Positions 1-9,252 of a stretch of 64,000 nucleotides of DNA are shown here, piece by piece; position 1 is the first letter of the stretch; each line of letters opens with the position of its first letter. This stretch comes from Eubacteriales bacterium (GTDB taxonomy: Bacteria > Bacillota > Clostridia > Oscillospirales > CAG-272), in the NCBI GenBank assembly GCA_045594305.1, contig JAZNYH010000034.1, forward strand, positions 484 through 64,483, given 5' to 3'. The notes under the pieces were generated by a model, which worked only from the letters and a program-made list of their open reading frames with translations, ran no database searches and was not told the origin of the DNA. A program made the position numbers and the translations under genes.

Positions 1-201
1 CAGTTGCACACCCTCACTCCCCGTGAGGAGCACGTGATCAAGCTTCGCTTCGGTCTTTACGATGGCAGAACGCGTACACTGGAGGAGGTTGGCAAGGAAT
101 TTGACATCACCCGTGAGCGTATTCGTCAGATCGAGGCAAAGGCTCTCCGAAAACTGCGCCACCCCAGCCGCGCAAGACATTTGAAGGGATTTATGGAATA
201 A
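1..201 (+). CDS. sigA: Primary sigma-70 factor, C-terminal region 4 only (5' end lies outside the window)
   Basis: The translation [32 protein letters not shown] is the conserved region 4.2 HTH of RpoD/SigA. The frame is open at the window edge. Confidence 0.85.
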   Translation, partial: QLHTLTPREEHVIKLRFGLYDGRTRTLEEVGKEFDITRERIRQIEAKALRKLRHPSRARHLKGFME

Positions 202-382
202 AAATTATTTGTTTCGAATGAACAAATAAGAGCTGTATAATCTGTGCAGAAAGCCTAAAAAAACGGCAAAACTACACAAAACCAAGCTTCAAAATTGTGC
301 ATTGCGACAGATGTTTGTGAACGCAAAATGACCAAAAAGAAAAAAAGCTTTTTTCGGTGCGTGAACGTCACAAAAAATTCAC

Positions 383-411
383 TTGACATATTTTTGAAAA
401 TGGTGTAAAAT
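383..411 (+). promoter_or_regulatory. Sigma-A type promoter for the lipoprotein gene
   Basis: TTGACA (383-388), a 17-nt spacer, then TAAAAT (406-411). Confidence 0.5.
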
Positions 412-485
412 ATATAGGTATAAATGTACCCATGCGCTCCGAGGCTGTTTTCGGGCGGATGTGAACGATTTTGGGAGGAAACAAC

Positions 486-3428
486 ATGAAGAAAAGATGG
501 CTGTGCTTGTTTTTGTGCCTTGTCATGCTGCTTTCGGCGGTCTTGACGAGCTGCTCGAACAAGGAGGATGACGCAAAAGATGACATTTCGGAAGATGCTT
601 CTGCCAGTGCAATGACGCTTTCGATGTGGATCGTTTCGGAGGAGGAGATCTCTACCGAGGCGGCAAACGCTGTGACGAAGGCACTCAACGAGATTACCGA
701 ATCCAAGTTTAAAACGCGTCTTGCGGTCCACTATCTGACCGAGGACGAATACCGCGCAAAGCTGGAGCAGGCAATCGTGGATTACGAGGCCGCAAAGAAG
801 CAGGAGGCTGCTACCGAGACCGAGACCACGCTCCCCGAGGGTGAGTCGGCAAGCGAAACGGTGGTGACCGACGAGACCGAGACCAACGAGATCGGTATGA
901 CGGTGATCAAATATCCCGACGAGCTGAAGAATCAGGTGGATATCATCTACATCACCGGTGAGGATATGTATGTTGACTTCATCGAAAAGGGTTGGCTTGC
1001 GTCCTTGGACAGTGAGCTGGCAAACGCATCGCAGAAGATCAACGAGTACGTTTCGGCTACTCTGCTCAATTCCGCAAAGCACAACGGTGCGACCTACGCG
1101 ATCCCCAACAACCACGCGATCGGTCAGTACACCTATATGCTGCTCAACAAGAACCTGATGTCGAAGTATTCTCAGCAGGGCTACATCAAGACCGGAAAGA
1201 TCACCAGCTTCTACAGCGATCCGCTTCAGTCCTTCCTCAGTCTTGTAACCAAGCTTGAGAACTCCAACCAAGTGGTTGCAATCGATAATAAGGTTTACGA
1301 CAGTGCAAACCCCGAAAACACGGCAACGGCTTACGACTACTGCCTCAATCTGCTGGCACACTACTGGTCGATCGATCCCGAGTCCTACGATATGCTGAAG
1401 GAATTCTCTGTTATCGGTCACCATTACACCGACGGCGAGGAGCTCTCGCGCGGCAGCACGATCCTGGGCTACGAGAGCCTGTTTGAGAACGTGGACTTTA
1501 CCGCCGACTACCTCAAGCTGAATCAGTTCCGCTTCAACGGCTACTTTGGCGATGCCTCCGGTAAGACCGCGGCAATTCGGTTTATGACGGGCGACTACTC
1601 GGTGCAGACCAAGTTTGACGCCAACGGCGACTGCGTATACGTGCTGGACGGCGTAGAGTATTATCCTGTAGTTGTGGAATATCCTACCGCTACCGCCGAT
1701 GATATTTATGGCGACATGTTCGGTGTCTATGCAAAAACGAAGAACGTTGGACGTTGCATGGAGATCGTGACCTACCTCAACACCAATGCGGATTTCCGCA
1801 ACCTTCTCCAGTACGGTGTGCAAGGTGCGCACTATGAGCTTGTCAAGAACAACGACGGAACCACCTCCGTAAAGCGTCTTAACAATAGCTACATGATGGA
1901 TATTTTTGCTACCGGTAACGTATTCATCGCACATCCCGAGCCCGAGATGTCGGCAAACGTTTGGGAGACGGGAAAAGCACAAAACCGTCATTCTTTGGTG
2001 GATCCGCTTTTGGGACTTGATTTCTCCGAGTATTCGGAAAGCACTGGCGCGGCAGCTGCTACCGAGACGCTTCCCAAGGAGGGGTACAACCTTTCCTTTA
2101 CCACCGGTTACTCGACCGATGTGCTGAAGCAGGATGCAACCCTTGCAAAGTGGCTGGCAGACAGCGACACCGCAGGCAACGGCATCTATGTTTACGAGAC
2201 ATCTGTCACCGTGGGTCAGAACAAGACCTATCTCTACTACATCTATAAGAACGGCTTGACCAAGAACGTTGACTTCAACGTGACGGTTGACCGTGAGTTG
2301 AAGACCGAAGAGATCGACGGTGAGAAGATCACCACGCAGACAAGGCTTGACTTCATTTTGAATTACACCGACACCGAGAGTTCCTCCGGCACCGGATACG
2401 AGCTTTCTGTGATGCGTATCTATACCAGAAGAACTAATACCTTTAGAGTGCTTGCCACCGAAAACGAGGCTTCCGCAAATCTGAAGCTCACGCAGGAGTC
2501 CGAGCCTGACAAGGATGTAGATCAGTTCCTTAACTTTGATTTCTACAACACCGACGAGTATTCGATCGAGGTTTACAACACCTTGACCAAGGCAACGATG
2601 CGCAAGAACAAGCTCCTGACCTCTTGGTTTGCAAAATGTGATGCGGATATGAGTGAAGATCCCACCACTTATGTGCTTTCTTACGTGGATCCCGACACTA
2701 AGGTGACCACCTATGTGATCTACCGTACGGGATTGAAAGAAGTGACTACGCAGGTCGTGCAGGCAACCGGCGGCACGGGTGAATTGAATCTGAACCTGCT
2801 GTACACCTCCTCTGCCGACTATCCGTTGAACAGGGAAGAGATGAACTACCTTGTTTCCTACATTCGTGTAACCCCCGCAGATGGCGTGGAGCTGGATATT
2901 GATTACAACATCATCAGCAACGGTGAGAAGGAGAGCGTTCTCTCCTCCAACAAGATCGATGCTCCCTCCGATCCTGACTTTGAGATCGTTGGAAATCTTG
3001 ACACCGAGCTTGTGAAGTACTTTGCATCGCTCAATGACCTGCTTGTTGAAAAGCTGAACGCTTGCGAGGATTACACTACCTTTGCAGAGGTAGTTGCCGA
3101 AATGACCCTGTATCTCTCTACCGATGAAAATGTAAAGGTTTCTGCCTCTTCCTTCAAGCATCTGGCCGACATTGTTGCACAGTATCCCGTGAATGAGCTG
3201 AAAGCAAATCTGAAGAGTGCAACCTCTTACGAGATCGAAAAGCTGATGATTCCCGATCCCGATGCCGAGGTGGAAGAGGATACCCCCGAGGAAGATATCC
3301 CGATGATCGAGGCTCCGTACAAGGATTCCAATGGAAGATCCGAGCCGTACGTATACTTTGATTCTCCTTACGGAATCTACTATTCGTGGATGAACCAGTA
3401 CGGATATCTGCCCTCCACGAAAAAGTAA
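486..3428 (+). CDS. Very large lipoprotein with an N-terminal extracellular solute-binding-protein-like region
   Basis: RBS GGGAGGAA lies before the ATG at 486. The signal peptide is MKKRWLCLFLCLVMLLSAVLTSC, with lipobox LTSC. The segment ...NGATYAIPNN... resembles family-1 SBPs. No permease or ATPase gene is adjacent. Confidence 0.6.
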   Translation: MKKRWLCLFLCLVMLLSAVLTSCSNKEDDAKDDISEDASASAMTLSMWIVSEEEISTEAANAVTKALNEITESKFKTRLAVHYLTEDEYRAKLEQAIVDYEAAKKQEAATETETTLPEGESASETVVTDETETNEIGMTVIKYPDELKNQVDIIYITGEDMYVDFIEKGWLASLDSELANASQKINEYVSATLLNSAKHNGATYAIPNNHAIGQYTYMLLNKNLMSKYSQQGYIKTGKITSFYSDPLQSFLSLVTKLENSNQVVAIDNKVYDSANPENTATAYDYCLNLLAHYWSIDPESYDMLKEFSVIGHHYTDGEELSRGSTILGYESLFENVDFTADYLKLNQFRFNGYFGDASGKTAAIRFMTGDYSVQTKFDANGDCVYVLDGVEYYPVVVEYPTATADDIYGDMFGVYAKTKNVGRCMEIVTYLNTNADFRNLLQYGVQGAHYELVKNNDGTTSVKRLNNSYMMDIFATGNVFIAHPEPEMSANVWETGKAQNRHSLVDPLLGLDFSEYSESTGAAAATETLPKEGYNLSFTTGYSTDVLKQDATLAKWLADSDTAGNGIYVYETSVTVGQNKTYLYYIYKNGLTKNVDFNVTVDRELKTEEIDGEKITTQTRLDFILNYTDTESSSGTGYELSVMRIYTRRTNTFRVLATENEASANLKLTQESEPDKDVDQFLNFDFYNTDEYSIEVYNTLTKATMRKNKLLTSWFAKCDADMSEDPTTYVLSYVDPDTKVTTYVIYRTGLKEVTTQVVQATGGTGELNLNLLYTSSADYPLNREEMNYLVSYIRVTPADGVELDIDYNIISNGEKESVLSSNKIDAPSDPDFEIVGNLDTELVKYFASLNDLLVEKLNACEDYTTFAEVVAEMTLYLSTDENVKVSASSFKHLADIVAQYPVNELKANLKSATSYEIEKLMIPDPDAEVEEDTPEEDIPMIEAPYKDSNGRSEPYVYFDSPYGIYYSWMNQYGYLPSTKK

Positions 3429-3449
3429 ACAACAAATCAAAACCTACAG

Positions 3450-3490
3450 AGGCTGCCGCCGGCGTGAGCTTGCGGTAGCCTGTTTAATTT
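3450..3490 (+). terminator. Probable intrinsic terminator after the lipoprotein gene
   Basis: AGGCTGCCGC pairs with GCGGTAGCCT (one mismatch), followed by the T-rich TGTTTAATTTT. Confidence 0.45.
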
Positions 3491-3525
3491 TCTCGGTACA
3501 AGATACAAAAATTTTCGCATAGCTC

Positions 3526-3554
3526 TTGCAAAGCGCGTAAGAATATGTTACAAT
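3526..3554 (+). promoter_or_regulatory. Promoter of trpS
   Basis: TTGCAA (3526-3531), a 17-nt spacer, then TACAAT (3549-3554). Confidence 0.5.
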
Positions 3555-3600
3555 AAGACAAATGTTTTTCCCAAAACCAGAAAGGACCCTGTGTACAGTT

Positions 3601-4605
3601 ATGTTTGGTGAACAAAAAATTTCTTATTCCGGCGTTCAGCCTAGCGGAAATCTGACGATCGGAAACTATCTCGGTGCCATTCGCAATTTTGCCGAGTATT
3701 CGGAAAAATACAAGACCTTTTATTGCGTGGTGGATCAGCACGCAATTACGGTGCGCCAGGTTCCTGCAGAACTGCGTCGCCGTACCTACGAAACGCTGGC
3801 TTTGTATATGGCTTGCGGACTCGATCCCGAAAAAAATACCCTGTATGTGCAGTCGATGGTGCATGAGCACGCCGAGCTTGCATGGATCCTCAATTGCTTT
3901 ACCATGTTTGGCGAGCTTTCACGCATGACGCAGTTCAAGGATAAAAGCGCACGTCACGCCGATAATATCAACGCGGGGCTTTTCACCTATCCTGTTTTGA
4001 TGGCGGCGGATATTCTGCTATACCAAACCGACGTGGTGCCAGTTGGAATCGATCAGAAGCAGCATGTGGAGCTTTGCCGCGACATTGCTGAGCGCTTCAA
4101 TCAGCTCTATCCCGGAACCTTTACCGTGCCTGAGCCCATCGTCTCCAAGAGTGGTATGAAGATCATGTCGCTTGCCGAGCCCACCAAAAAAATGAGCAAA
4201 TCCGACGAAAACACCAATGCGGTGGTATATATTCTCGACGATCGGGACACAATTATCAGGAAGTTTAAGCGCGCGGTGACCGATTCGGGCGCGGAAGTGC
4301 GCTTTGATCCCGCCGAAAAGCCGGGCGTGAGCAACCTGATGAGCATTTACTCCTGTTTCAGCGGCAAGAGTTTTGAGGAGATCGAGCGTGAGTTTGCTGG
4401 GAAGGGCTACGGCGACTTCAAGCTGGCGGTTGGTGAGATCACGGCGGATGCGCTGGCACCCGTGCAGAAGAAGTTTTACGAGCTGCTCTCCGACAAGGCT
4501 TCCTTGGAAGCGCAGATGAAAAAGGGGGCAGAGGAAGCCTCGTGGTATGCGCGCCGCACGCTTTCCAGGGTGCAAAAAAAGCTTGGATTTTTGCAGATCA
4601 AGTAA
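3601..4605 (+). CDS. trpS: Tryptophan--tRNA ligase
   Basis: Class I motifs are present: SGVQPSGNLTIGNYLGA and KMSKS. The ORF opens at 3562. The ATG at 3601 gives a canonical N-terminus; 3562 is possible only if the mRNA is leaderless. Confidence 0.9.
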   Translation: MFGEQKISYSGVQPSGNLTIGNYLGAIRNFAEYSEKYKTFYCVVDQHAITVRQVPAELRRRTYETLALYMACGLDPEKNTLYVQSMVHEHAELAWILNCFTMFGELSRMTQFKDKSARHADNINAGLFTYPVLMAADILLYQTDVVPVGIDQKQHVELCRDIAERFNQLYPGTFTVPEPIVSKSGMKIMSLAEPTKKMSKSDENTNAVVYILDDRDTIIRKFKRAVTDSGAEVRFDPAEKPGVSNLMSIYSCFSGKSFEEIEREFAGKGYGDFKLAVGEITADALAPVQKKFYELLSDKASLEAQMKKGAEEASWYARRTLSRVQKKLGFLQIK

Positions 4606-4668
4606 TAAAGTACAGATTGATATCAACACCTCTCTACATATCTTCCGTGGGGGAGGTCGGTCAAAGGA

Positions 4669-4702
4669 CGGTTGCATCCCGCGATGGATGCAGCCGTTTT
4701 TT
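4669..4702 (+). terminator. Intrinsic terminator after trpS
   Basis: An 11-bp stem, CGGTTGCATCC / GGATGCAGCCG, is followed by TTTTTT. Confidence 0.7.
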
Positions 4703-4739
4703 ATTTTTTGTTTGGGTTTTCGGAAAGGAATTGGAAGCC

Positions 4740-5705
4740 ATGATTGTTTGGATTTGCTTGTTGGTGTTTGCTTTTTGTTTTGTATCGGTTCCGCCAGTGA
4801 TTGCGCTTGCGTGGCGGGTTGGAGCGGTGGACGTGCCGATGGATTGGCGGCGCATGCATCCCGAAAGCATTGCGCGTGCGGGGGGGATCAGTATTTACGC
4901 CTCGTTTTTAATTGGATGTATGCTACTGGGACGTCCGTCGCTGTTTTTGGCAAGTGCATTGGCAGGCGGCGCACTTTTGTTGGCGGTGGGGCTTGCCGAC
5001 GACATTTTTTGCCTTGGGGCGTGGACAAAGCTCTTTTTTCAGATTGCCGCGGCGACCGCAACCGTGCTGGGAAGCAGCGCGGTGCGCGGATGGAGCGCGT
5101 TTGCGGCGGTTTTGTGGGTGGTAACGCTTACCAATGCCCACAATTTTATCGATGGCTTGGACGGGCTTTTTGCAGGGTGTGCGGCGATCGAGAGTGCGCT
5201 TCTCGGCATTGCGTTTTTGTTTGGCGGCAGAACTTCAAATGCTTATCCAGTCTTTCTTCTCGCCGCCGCCTGTCTGGCGTTTCGCTATTACAACCGTTTT
5301 CCCGCACAGATTTTTGCGGGGGATTGCGGCTCGGGGACGGTCGGCTTTTTGTTGGGAGTGCTGTCGCTCCCATTGTTTCAAGACCACGGATTGCAATTTT
5401 CGGCACTTGCGCCCTTCTTCTTATTCGCCTATCCGCTCACCGATCTTATAACCGCTGTGGTACGACGCCTTATGCGCGGGAAAAGTCCGTTTGCCGCCGA
5501 CCGTGCGCATTTGCATCACCGCATCACAGCGGTGGGGCTTTTGCCGCCGCAATGTGACGGGGTACTGCTGTCTGTCACGGCGGCATTGGGGGGCATCGGC
5601 GTGTTGCTCAGCACCGAACGCTACCTGGCTCTTGCGGCTCTGTCTTGCTTGGGAGCGGCACTTTTGATGATGCGGATTCGACACTATATTTTAAACTTTG
5701 CGTGA
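4740..5705 (+). CDS. Glycosyltransferase family 4 polyprenyl-phosphate sugar-1-phosphate transferase (WecA/TagO/MraY-like)
   Basis: Polytopic membrane protein with the NAHNFIDGLDGL motif. The ATG at 4740 follows the trpS terminator, so the longer ORF from 4542 would run through that terminator. Confidence 0.75.
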   Translation: MIVWICLLVFAFCFVSVPPVIALAWRVGAVDVPMDWRRMHPESIARAGGISIYASFLIGCMLLGRPSLFLASALAGGALLLAVGLADDIFCLGAWTKLFFQIAAATATVLGSSAVRGWSAFAAVLWVVTLTNAHNFIDGLDGLFAGCAAIESALLGIAFLFGGRTSNAYPVFLLAAACLAFRYYNRFPAQIFAGDCGSGTVGFLLGVLSLPLFQDHGLQFSALAPFFLFAYPLTDLITAVVRRLMRGKSPFAADRAHLHHRITAVGLLPPQCDGVLLSVTAALGGIGVLLSTERYLALAALSCLGAALLMMRIRHYILNFA

Positions 5706-5795
5706 AGATGCTTGATTTTTTCCTCATGCCGTGCTATAATAAAACCAAAAAAACGCTTGTGTTTTTATCCATGGCACTTACGAAGGAGGTATTCT

Positions 5796-7472
5796 ATGAA
5801 ACACCGCATCCGTACGCTATCGCTATTTTTGGTTCTTTGCTTGCTTGTCGGTACGCTCTCGTCATGCTTTACCGTTTCGGATTGGATCGAGCCCCTGCCC
5901 GAGACCGAAAGCGGCTCCTCCATGGAAAGCACCACCGAGAAGGATTCAAGCAATGGTTCCGGACTTCCATCCGTGCTTGAATACACCCTGACACGCGGGT
6001 ACGTGGTGGATTTTATCGATCTTTTGGAGAGCTGCGAGGAGCTGACGCTTGTCGGTACCGATGTTGAGGCGATTGAGGCGGCTTGGCAAGAGGTGGAAGA
6101 ACAGTATTATCACATTGGCACGCAGCTGCAGATCGCCTACGTGCTGCTTTGCATTGACGAGACGAATGAGGAGTATTCGGATGCCTATTTGAAGGCTTCT
6201 GAACTGCAGGGAAAGGCTTATCACGCATACATGGAGGTTTGCCGTGCGATCGACAAGTCCGAGTCTCCGTATCGCGACGATTTTTTTTCGGATTGGACCG
6301 AGAGCGATTTGGAGAATATGCGCGGGTATTCCGAAAGTGCCGCAGAGCTGGATTTGCGCAACGATGAGATCCTTGTAGAATACCGCGCGCTTGATCTGAA
6401 TACGCAGGAAGAGAAGATGCTGCAGCTTTACTGCGAGTATGTACAAAATCTCAACGGTATTGCTGCAGAACAGGGATACGGCAACTATTACGACTACGCC
6501 ACCGACGAGGTGTATGATCGCGGATACGGAGAGGCAGAGCGCACTCGGTTCCGTACGTACGTCAGGGAAGTGGTACCGTCCTTGCTTTTTGAGGCGTACC
6601 AGCAGGTGTCTCTGCGCATCAATTCGCTCAATTACTTCCAATACAGCGTGGTGTTGGATTTTATCCAGGAATCCTACGACGAAATGGGTAAGGATTATGT
6701 AGCCCTGTATCTCGATTCATTTGATGGCGACACACGTGCCGTAATGCAATCGATGTTTGAGGAGAAGCACTCGTTTTTCACTGATTCGGATACCGCGCGC
6801 GCGGGCGCGTTTACCACCGAGTTGTACGAATACGACTCCGCCTTTTGCTATTTTGGCCCCGGGTATCAGTCAATCTGGACCGTGGTGCACGAGATGGGGC
6901 ACTTTTATGCAGCCGAGAGCCATGGCGACTCGATGGACCGCTTGGATCTTGCCGAAACGCATTCCCAAGGCAACGAGTGGTTGCTGATGGCGTTTTTGGA
7001 GCAAGAGGTGAGTGAGGCGGTGTATGAGACGATTTTGTATTACCAGCTCTACGAGTCCCTTTGTACGATCCTGGTCAGCACGATCGTGGACGAGTTTGAG
7101 GAAAAGGTCTACGAGAGGAATGCGGATATGGCTTTGACCGACTTTGATGCCATCATGGCATCGGTTTGCAAATCGTACGGCGGAATGGAGTTTTTGGAGA
7201 CCTACGTGGTGGGAGATATTCAGGCATATTGGAAATACGTGGTGATCGAAAGCCCTGTATATTATCTCAGCTATGCGGTCTCGGGGGTGGCGGCTTTGTC
7301 ACTCTATACAGCTGCCGAAGCCGATTATGACGAAGGACAAGAGATCTATTGCCGTTTGGTAGAGGATGCCGAGCTTTCCCATTCTTATCCCGAAATTCTG
7401 ACCGAAGCCGGTCTTGCCTCGCCGTTTGAAGCCGAGGTGTATGAGTCTTTATGGAACATTTTTGTCGATTGA
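5796..7472 (+). CDS. Lipoprotein, M3 (oligoendopeptidase F)-like zinc metallopeptidase
   Basis: RBS AAGGAGG at 5783-5789. Signal peptide plus lipobox: MKHRIRTLSLFLVLCLLVGTLSSC. The zinc motif HEMGH occurs in ...WTVVHEMGHFY.... Confidence 0.6.
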   Translation: MKHRIRTLSLFLVLCLLVGTLSSCFTVSDWIEPLPETESGSSMESTTEKDSSNGSGLPSVLEYTLTRGYVVDFIDLLESCEELTLVGTDVEAIEAAWQEVEEQYYHIGTQLQIAYVLLCIDETNEEYSDAYLKASELQGKAYHAYMEVCRAIDKSESPYRDDFFSDWTESDLENMRGYSESAAELDLRNDEILVEYRALDLNTQEEKMLQLYCEYVQNLNGIAAEQGYGNYYDYATDEVYDRGYGEAERTRFRTYVREVVPSLLFEAYQQVSLRINSLNYFQYSVVLDFIQESYDEMGKDYVALYLDSFDGDTRAVMQSMFEEKHSFFTDSDTARAGAFTTELYEYDSAFCYFGPGYQSIWTVVHEMGHFYAAESHGDSMDRLDLAETHSQGNEWLLMAFLEQEVSEAVYETILYYQLYESLCTILVSTIVDEFEEKVYERNADMALTDFDAIMASVCKSYGGMEFLETYVVGDIQAYWKYVVIESPVYYLSYAVSGVAALSLYTAAEADYDEGQEIYCRLVEDAELSHSYPEILTEAGLASPFEAEVYESLWNIFVD

Positions 7473-7502
7473 TCGGCATAATTTATATGGAGGGATTTTG
7501 TT

Positions 7503-8222
7503 ATGAACACTGTAAAAATTGAAAACAACGGCACGAAAATGGTAGCTCACCGCGGTGTGAGCGGACTCGAGCGCGAGAACACCAACCTTGCTTTTGTAGC
7601 GGCGGGGAACCGCTCCTACTTTGGAATCGAGACCGACATTCACTGCACGTCCGACGGAAACTTTGTGTTGCATCACGACGATACCACCACACGGTTGACG
7701 GGGATCGAGCGCGTGATCGAGGAGACCGATTTTGCCACTCTGCGAGCCATGCGCCTTTCGGACGTGGACGGCAGCTACGGGCGCGAGGATTTGGTCATGC
7801 CCACGCTGGAGGAGTACATCGGCATTTGCAAAAAATACGAAAAGGTTGCCGTGCTGGAGCTGAAGCGGCACATGGAAGAGGATCGGGTGCGCGCCATCAT
7901 CGACCGCATCGAAGCGATGGACTATCTCGGTGGGGTGATTTTTATATCCTTCGATTTTGAAAACCTTGTGTACGTACGCAATTACCGCCCCGAGCAGCCC
8001 GTACAGTTTTTGTTCTCCAAGCTCTCCGACGAGACTGTGGAAAAGATGATCGCGCATCGCTTTGATGCCGACGTGTATTTTAAAAGCGTTACACCGGAGT
8101 TTGTGCACATCATGCACGAAGCGGGACTTCTCGTCAACTGCTGGACGGTCGATACGCCCAAGGCTGCCGCCAACTTGATCGCCATGGGCGTGGACTTTAT
8201 TACCTCAAATATTTTGGAGTGA
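7503..8222 (+). CDS. Glycerophosphodiester phosphodiesterase family protein
   Basis: AHRGVSGLERENT...IETDIH is the GDPD signature. Confidence 0.8.
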   Translation: MNTVKIENNGTKMVAHRGVSGLERENTNLAFVAAGNRSYFGIETDIHCTSDGNFVLHHDDTTTRLTGIERVIEETDFATLRAMRLSDVDGSYGREDLVMPTLEEYIGICKKYEKVAVLELKRHMEEDRVRAIIDRIEAMDYLGGVIFISFDFENLVYVRNYRPEQPVQFLFSKLSDETVEKMIAHRFDADVYFKSVTPEFVHIMHEAGLLVNCWTVDTPKAAANLIAMGVDFITSNILE

Positions 8223-8258
8223 TGGAGTTTTTCCCTCGCCTCTTTCAAAACCGGAAAG

Positions 8259-8290
8259 AAAAAGGCGTTGCAATGCAACGCTTCTCATAA
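8259..8290 (+). repeat. Left arm of an imperfect inverted repeat; it also forms the GDPD terminator-like hairpin
   Basis: AAAAAGGCGTTGCAATGCAACGCTTCTCATAA. Its first 15 and last 10 nt are identical to the reverse complement of 9207-9237. Confidence 0.6.
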
Positions 8291-8394
8291 AGTTTTTTAT
8301 TACACGGTAGGGGCGAGATGTGTTCGCCCATACGAAAAATCGGCAGAGACCTTGTTTTCTCTGCCGATTTGTGTTATAATGGAGTTAACGAAAA

Positions 8395-8500
8395 GCCTCT
8401 CCCTTTGGGAGAGGTGGCGGCGTAGCCGACGGAGAGGGCAAATTGTTGCAACGACTACCCTCTCACCCGCTACCGCGGGAGCTCTCCCTGAGGGGGAGCC
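8395..8500 (+). repeat. GC-rich multi-hairpin element in the leader of the 8588 ORF
   Basis: Hairpins CCTCTCCC-TTTG-GGAGAGG, GAGAGGG...CCCTCTC and CTCCC-TGA-GGGGGAG. The local ORFs translate to low-complexity peptides such as LSLWERWRRSRRRG. Confidence 0.5.
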
Positions 8501-8587
8501 TTAAGATATGTGCAACTTTAGGGGTATGGGCTTTGCCCCTGTGCCTTTGTATTACAAAGGCGAAACTGGCGATAACGGAGGTTACAT

Positions 8588-9091
8588 ATGTTTTCTATCA
8601 GTGTATCCAATCTTCATTGGATGGAAGGGGTAGATTCCATCGAGGATCTGTGTCTTCACGGAAATGCAAAAGCGATCATAGGACATGAAGTTTTGGAATA
8701 TGATGACGCAACAGTCAGTTCTACCGCATTGTATTTGCTGAAATCCTTGAAGGAAGATCATAAAATATATGAGAGTAATCAAATGCTTCCTTGCTGTGGC
8801 TTTTTTATGATAGCAAATGAAGAACTTTCAAAAGTTGATATTTGCGGTTGCCCTAACGGAGTTGATTGGTCGGTTTTGCACGAAAACGGCAATGTTGTTT
8901 TAGTTACAGAAGCAGGAGAAAGAACGGAAATATTATTTGATGAATATAAAACAACCGTCTTTGCATTTGCAGACCAAGTAGAAGCATTTTATAATGCCGC
9001 TGCAGATAAAAAATTACCCGAAGATGAATTTGATCGAAACGGTTATATTGCCTTTTGGAACGAATGGAAGGCAATACGTTACGGAATATGA
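8588..9091 (+). CDS. Hypothetical protein (167 aa), AT-rich orphan
   Basis: RBS GGAGG lies before the ATG at 8588. The gene is clearly AT-richer than its flanks. I recognise no family. Confidence 0.6.
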   Translation: MFSISVSNLHWMEGVDSIEDLCLHGNAKAIIGHEVLEYDDATVSSTALYLLKSLKEDHKIYESNQMLPCCGFFMIANEELSKVDICGCPNGVDWSVLHENGNVVLVTEAGERTEILFDEYKTTVFAFADQVEAFYNAAADKKLPEDEFDRNGYIAFWNEWKAIRYGI

Positions 9092-9094
9092 TAA

Positions 9095-9127
9095 AACCCC
9101 AACAGATTTGTAAAATCTGTTGGGGTT
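9095..9127 (+). terminator. Stem-loop terminator after the orphan ORF
   Basis: AACCCCAACAGATTT / AAATCTGTTGGGGTT, a 15-bp stem. Confidence 0.6.
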
Positions 9128-9206
9128 AATTATTTGTTTCCTGCATAGCAAAATATATCTCGGACCGTCGAGGACGCCGATCCCTACAAAGAGAGATTAA
9201 ACTTCC

Positions 9207-9237
9207 TTATGAGAAGTCCGCTTTGCAACGCCTTTTT
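9207..9237 (-). repeat. Right arm of the imperfect inverted repeat
   Basis: The reverse complement reads AAAAAGGCGTTGCAAAGCGGACTTCTCATAA, which matches 8259-8290. Confidence 0.6.
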
Positions 9238-9252
9238 ATTTATATTTTTTAT

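Noticed and set aside
255-3440. A 1061-aa ORF on the minus strand, the longest in the track
   Set aside because: It lies entirely antisense to the lipoprotein gene (486-3428). Its translation is low-complexity (rich in L, V, G and R) with no motifs. This is the typical shadow ORF of a GC-rich coding region, whereas the plus-strand gene has an RBS, a signal peptide and a lipobox.
3430-3600. T-box riboswitch upstream of trpS
   Set aside because: The region is too short (about 130 nt) and is occupied by a terminator and a promoter. I saw no specifier or T-box consensus.
8268-8688. ORFs 8268-8504 and 8443-8688 across the GC-rich element
   Set aside because: Their translations are Arg/Pro/Leu-rich junk dictated by the stacked hairpins. 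They have no RBS and overlap the better-supported 8588 ORF.
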